Below, in pieces: positions 61,231 through 64,000 of a stretch of 64,000 nucleotides of DNA. A model generated the notes under the pieces. It saw nothing but the letters and a program-made list of their open reading frames with translations, did no database searches and was not told the origin of the DNA. The DNA is taken from the NCBI GenBank assembly GCA_049999805.1, contig JBNGIO010005971.1:1-64000 (forward strand). Reading direction: 5' to 3'. Numbering within the stretch: position 1 is the stretch's first letter; the number at the start of each line of letters is the position of its first letter. The stretch is from Folioceros fuciformis (lineage: Eukaryota). The position numbers and the translations under genes are program-made.

Positions 61231-64000
61231 TTTTTTATTATACTTAAATTACAACAAAATTATACAGTTGGTAAAATTATATGGCATGTGTAAATTGATA
61301 CACCTTTTGTAATATAATCTGGTATTTTCTATGATTGAAAAAGAGATGGAAAGTCTCATCTACTCCAAAGATTGGAGGAACAACCCCATTAGGGCCAAAA
61401 GCAAAAAGATGTACTCTCCCATGCGAATATCATTTTCAAAACCTACCTACTGCTCCCAAAATGTCATGATGTGGAATAACAAAAGACCTAACTACCACCG
61501 ATGCCGAAGAAGCCGCTTGACCTGTGCTTGTTGCTGTTCTAAAAATTGCATTGGCCAATGCACGTTGCAAAGCAATGGATACACGTTGTCAAAAGAAGGC
61601 CACCACAGAGGAAAGAGGGAGAACACCATTCCTATTGCTCTGATAAACCTTGGTGCACTCCTTGATAAACCTTGAAAAGCCCCTTGCCCCATACCTCCAT
61701 GAGTCTCAAGAGCAAGGGGGATGAAAGTATGCCCGTCTTGCAAGGGAGAATACTTATGGATTTTGGCACTTGCACAACTCTCTGCCGCCCCACTAGGGGG
61801 TTGATGATGACGTGCTCACAAATCGAATCCCTAGTGGGATCCGTAACAGCCAATTCAGCAACACAAACCTATTCTCCCCTAATGAAGAAAACGTCGGCTC
61901 TAAGTGAAACCCCATTGCGCAAAGTATATGGACGCTCCCTATACGGAAGAAACCCACACTCCCTAGCCATTGAGAACATGATATCCCGAACTGCATCATG
62001 AGTGGCAATGCGGTGCCCCCCAACAAGACAACGTGCCAAATGGAACCTTGTATCAATGGCAACCCCACAACTACATGTAAAGAGAGAAAAAGCCAAGGGG
62101 TGGGCCAAACCTAAGCGAAGTCTCATCGCGGTGGCGAAAGTTGCTGGTGCGATTCGAAACGCATGAATGCAAGGTCGAGCTAAAATCCAAGAGCCCGCTC
62201 CTTTACCTGAACAAGATCGAATACAAGCTCGAGAAGACCTAGGGATGGATGAGTCTGAAAGCAGGGCTCTTAGTGCTTGGCCATATTTCTTTTCTAGGAG
62301 GGAGGCTGGAGACCCTTCAACCCTTCCCTAGAGAAGGAGGTGAAAGGAGATAGAGCCTCACGAGCCTCCAAAGGTAGAGAATCCCTCGCTTGCCTAAGAG
62401 ACACCTGTAAAGGGAAAATGCCCTCCTCAACACTTGAAATAAAACTTTCAAGAACAGGGGAATCTTGTAGCAAAAAACGAGAGGCCAAAATTTGAGCAAA
62501 GAGGGCCCTGCTTCCAAGAAAGGCGGCTGGGGCAGAGTCCTCCATGGCCAAAAGACCAACCCCTCGAAAGACGACTAGCAAAGAAGCTTGCTTCCGAGCC
62601 AAATCACCGACAGCATACTCGAAGGTGCCTAGACCTATGATGTTCCCACGAGCTTGCATAACTTGATTGTCAAACTTCTTGAGACTTGATAAGAGAAATG
62701 GAGAAGGCGCAACAGTTTTAGTGAGGTAACATGGTCGGCGTGCAAAACAAGAAGAAAGGATACTAAACGCAATCTGAGGATCACCGATTTGTGAGAGGTC
62801 CATAATATGAACCACATCTTCATCCAACGCTTCATCCACAAACCTATGAACAAAATCAGGAGGTCCCACAGGCACTCCCAAGACTCGAAGTCCCTGCGAG
62901 TAGGTGATATCCACCCCCCTCCCCCTCCCCCCCCCCCAAATATTGAAGGGGGGGAGTGATGCTTGAAGGGGACCAAACCCTGCATTTAAATAGCTTGACC
63001 CGCAACCCCACCTTGGAGAGCTCTGACGATAAGAAATCAAATGTTGCTTTGTTTGTGACTTCTTGCCCAAGAATATGAGTGTCATCAGCCATAGAAGGGA
63101 AAGGCATTCCCGAAATGCTAAGGTAGTAGAGGACAACGCATGAAAATGCGCCATTGCAAAAAGAGCACCCCCCTAGCGGATCTCCTTGCCTTGTACCTGT
63201 TGCTGAATCAAAAATTGAGATCCCCTCAATAGTCGGGCCGTGTTGGTAGTAGAGCTTGGATGGCGAGCCATAGAAGGAGCGAATAAAATGGGTAAGACTT
63301 GCCAATTGACCTCCTGCACTCTTGAGCTCAGAGAAGATGGCAACCCTAGAGATGGTGTTGAAAGCATTTTCAATATCAACCTGCAAAGCTACTCAGTGAG
63401 GATGTAACTCAAGGGCCGCCAGGATGTCGAGAGCGGCAGATTCACACCCACCTGGGGTAGCAATCCCAAATTGGTGGGGTGCAAGATGCGCTTGGAAGTA
63501 CTCCCGAAGTTGAATTGCGATACTTCGGCTGATAAGGCGCAAAAATACCTCCCCCACAGCAATATAGCGCACTCCTGAGGTGGGGTTTTCCAATGCAAGT
63601 AGCCTACAAGCCGCCAAAACTTGAGAGATTCGATTGGGAACTTTGCCCCTAGCCACAGCATCTGCTAGTGTGTAAAGCTCCGAAAAACCACTTGAGGGAT
63701 CCCGAGGAGAAAAATAATCTAAAAAATGGTCATAAACTGTGCCAGACAAACCCCCTGAAGAAAGTCGTGGCGCAAAAGAGAGTGCATGCCCAAGAACAAC
63801 CTTATCCAAGCAAAAAGCCTCCTCGACCGTATGGTCAAGAAGATCTTGTGGTATAGTGTCATGAGGTTCTGGATGAAGGGCATTAAGTGCAGCAATGGTG
63901 TCCTCAGTTGCAAATGCAGCCGGCTCTGGGCGCAATGCTCTAGCAGCTCGAGCATATTCACCATCCTTGCCCAACATGAGACACCGCTTGAGACGCGCTT
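61231..64000 (-). mobile_element. Degenerate CRE-clade-like non-LTR retrotransposon (RT plus restriction-like endonuclease); continues beyond the window
   Basis: RT: RYIAVGEVFLRL, PHQFGI..GGCE, VDIENAFNTISR, GTRQGDPLG, MADD, GLRVLGVPVG. Zinc knuckle: CSCG..HLARC..GG.RIATHDAVRD. RLE: RADV, VTDP, FIPLALETHGG, QRVSIALQRALA. Frameshifts and stops throughout; A-rich 3' end at ~61231-61240. Confidence 0.9.

Overview
Eukaryotic nuclear DNA with short GT-AG introns (plus two GC-AG). It most likely comes from a seed-free land plant with flagellated sperm, probably a hornwort. This is an inference from a DLEC1/FAP81 axonemal gene, a PLS-class PPR with a PGxSWWTD ('WW-type') box and compact gene spacing. 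The first ~11 kb is transposon-derived and dominated by a decayed, 5'-truncated minus-strand Ty3/gypsy LTR retrotransposon. Its polyprotein reads gag zinc knuckle - protease - DNMT3-like C5 cytosine methyltransferase - RT - RNase H - integrase - PHD finger, and it is the most interesting object here. The rest is gene-dense: DLEC1, an intronless mitochondrial phosphate carrier, an unknown 407-aa gene, a molybdate transporter, a PPR editing-factor candidate, LIN37, plastid PNPase, VPS39, CBS-CBS-PB1, tRNA-Ala, a PPR pseudogene, tRNA-Tyr, RlmN and an F-box/LRR/ankyrin gene. The window ends in a decayed CRE-like non-LTR retrotransposon; a second fragment of the same family at ~48-49 kb has amplified into a minisatellite. 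All calls come from reading motifs by eye, no searches were run, and exon boundaries are approximate.
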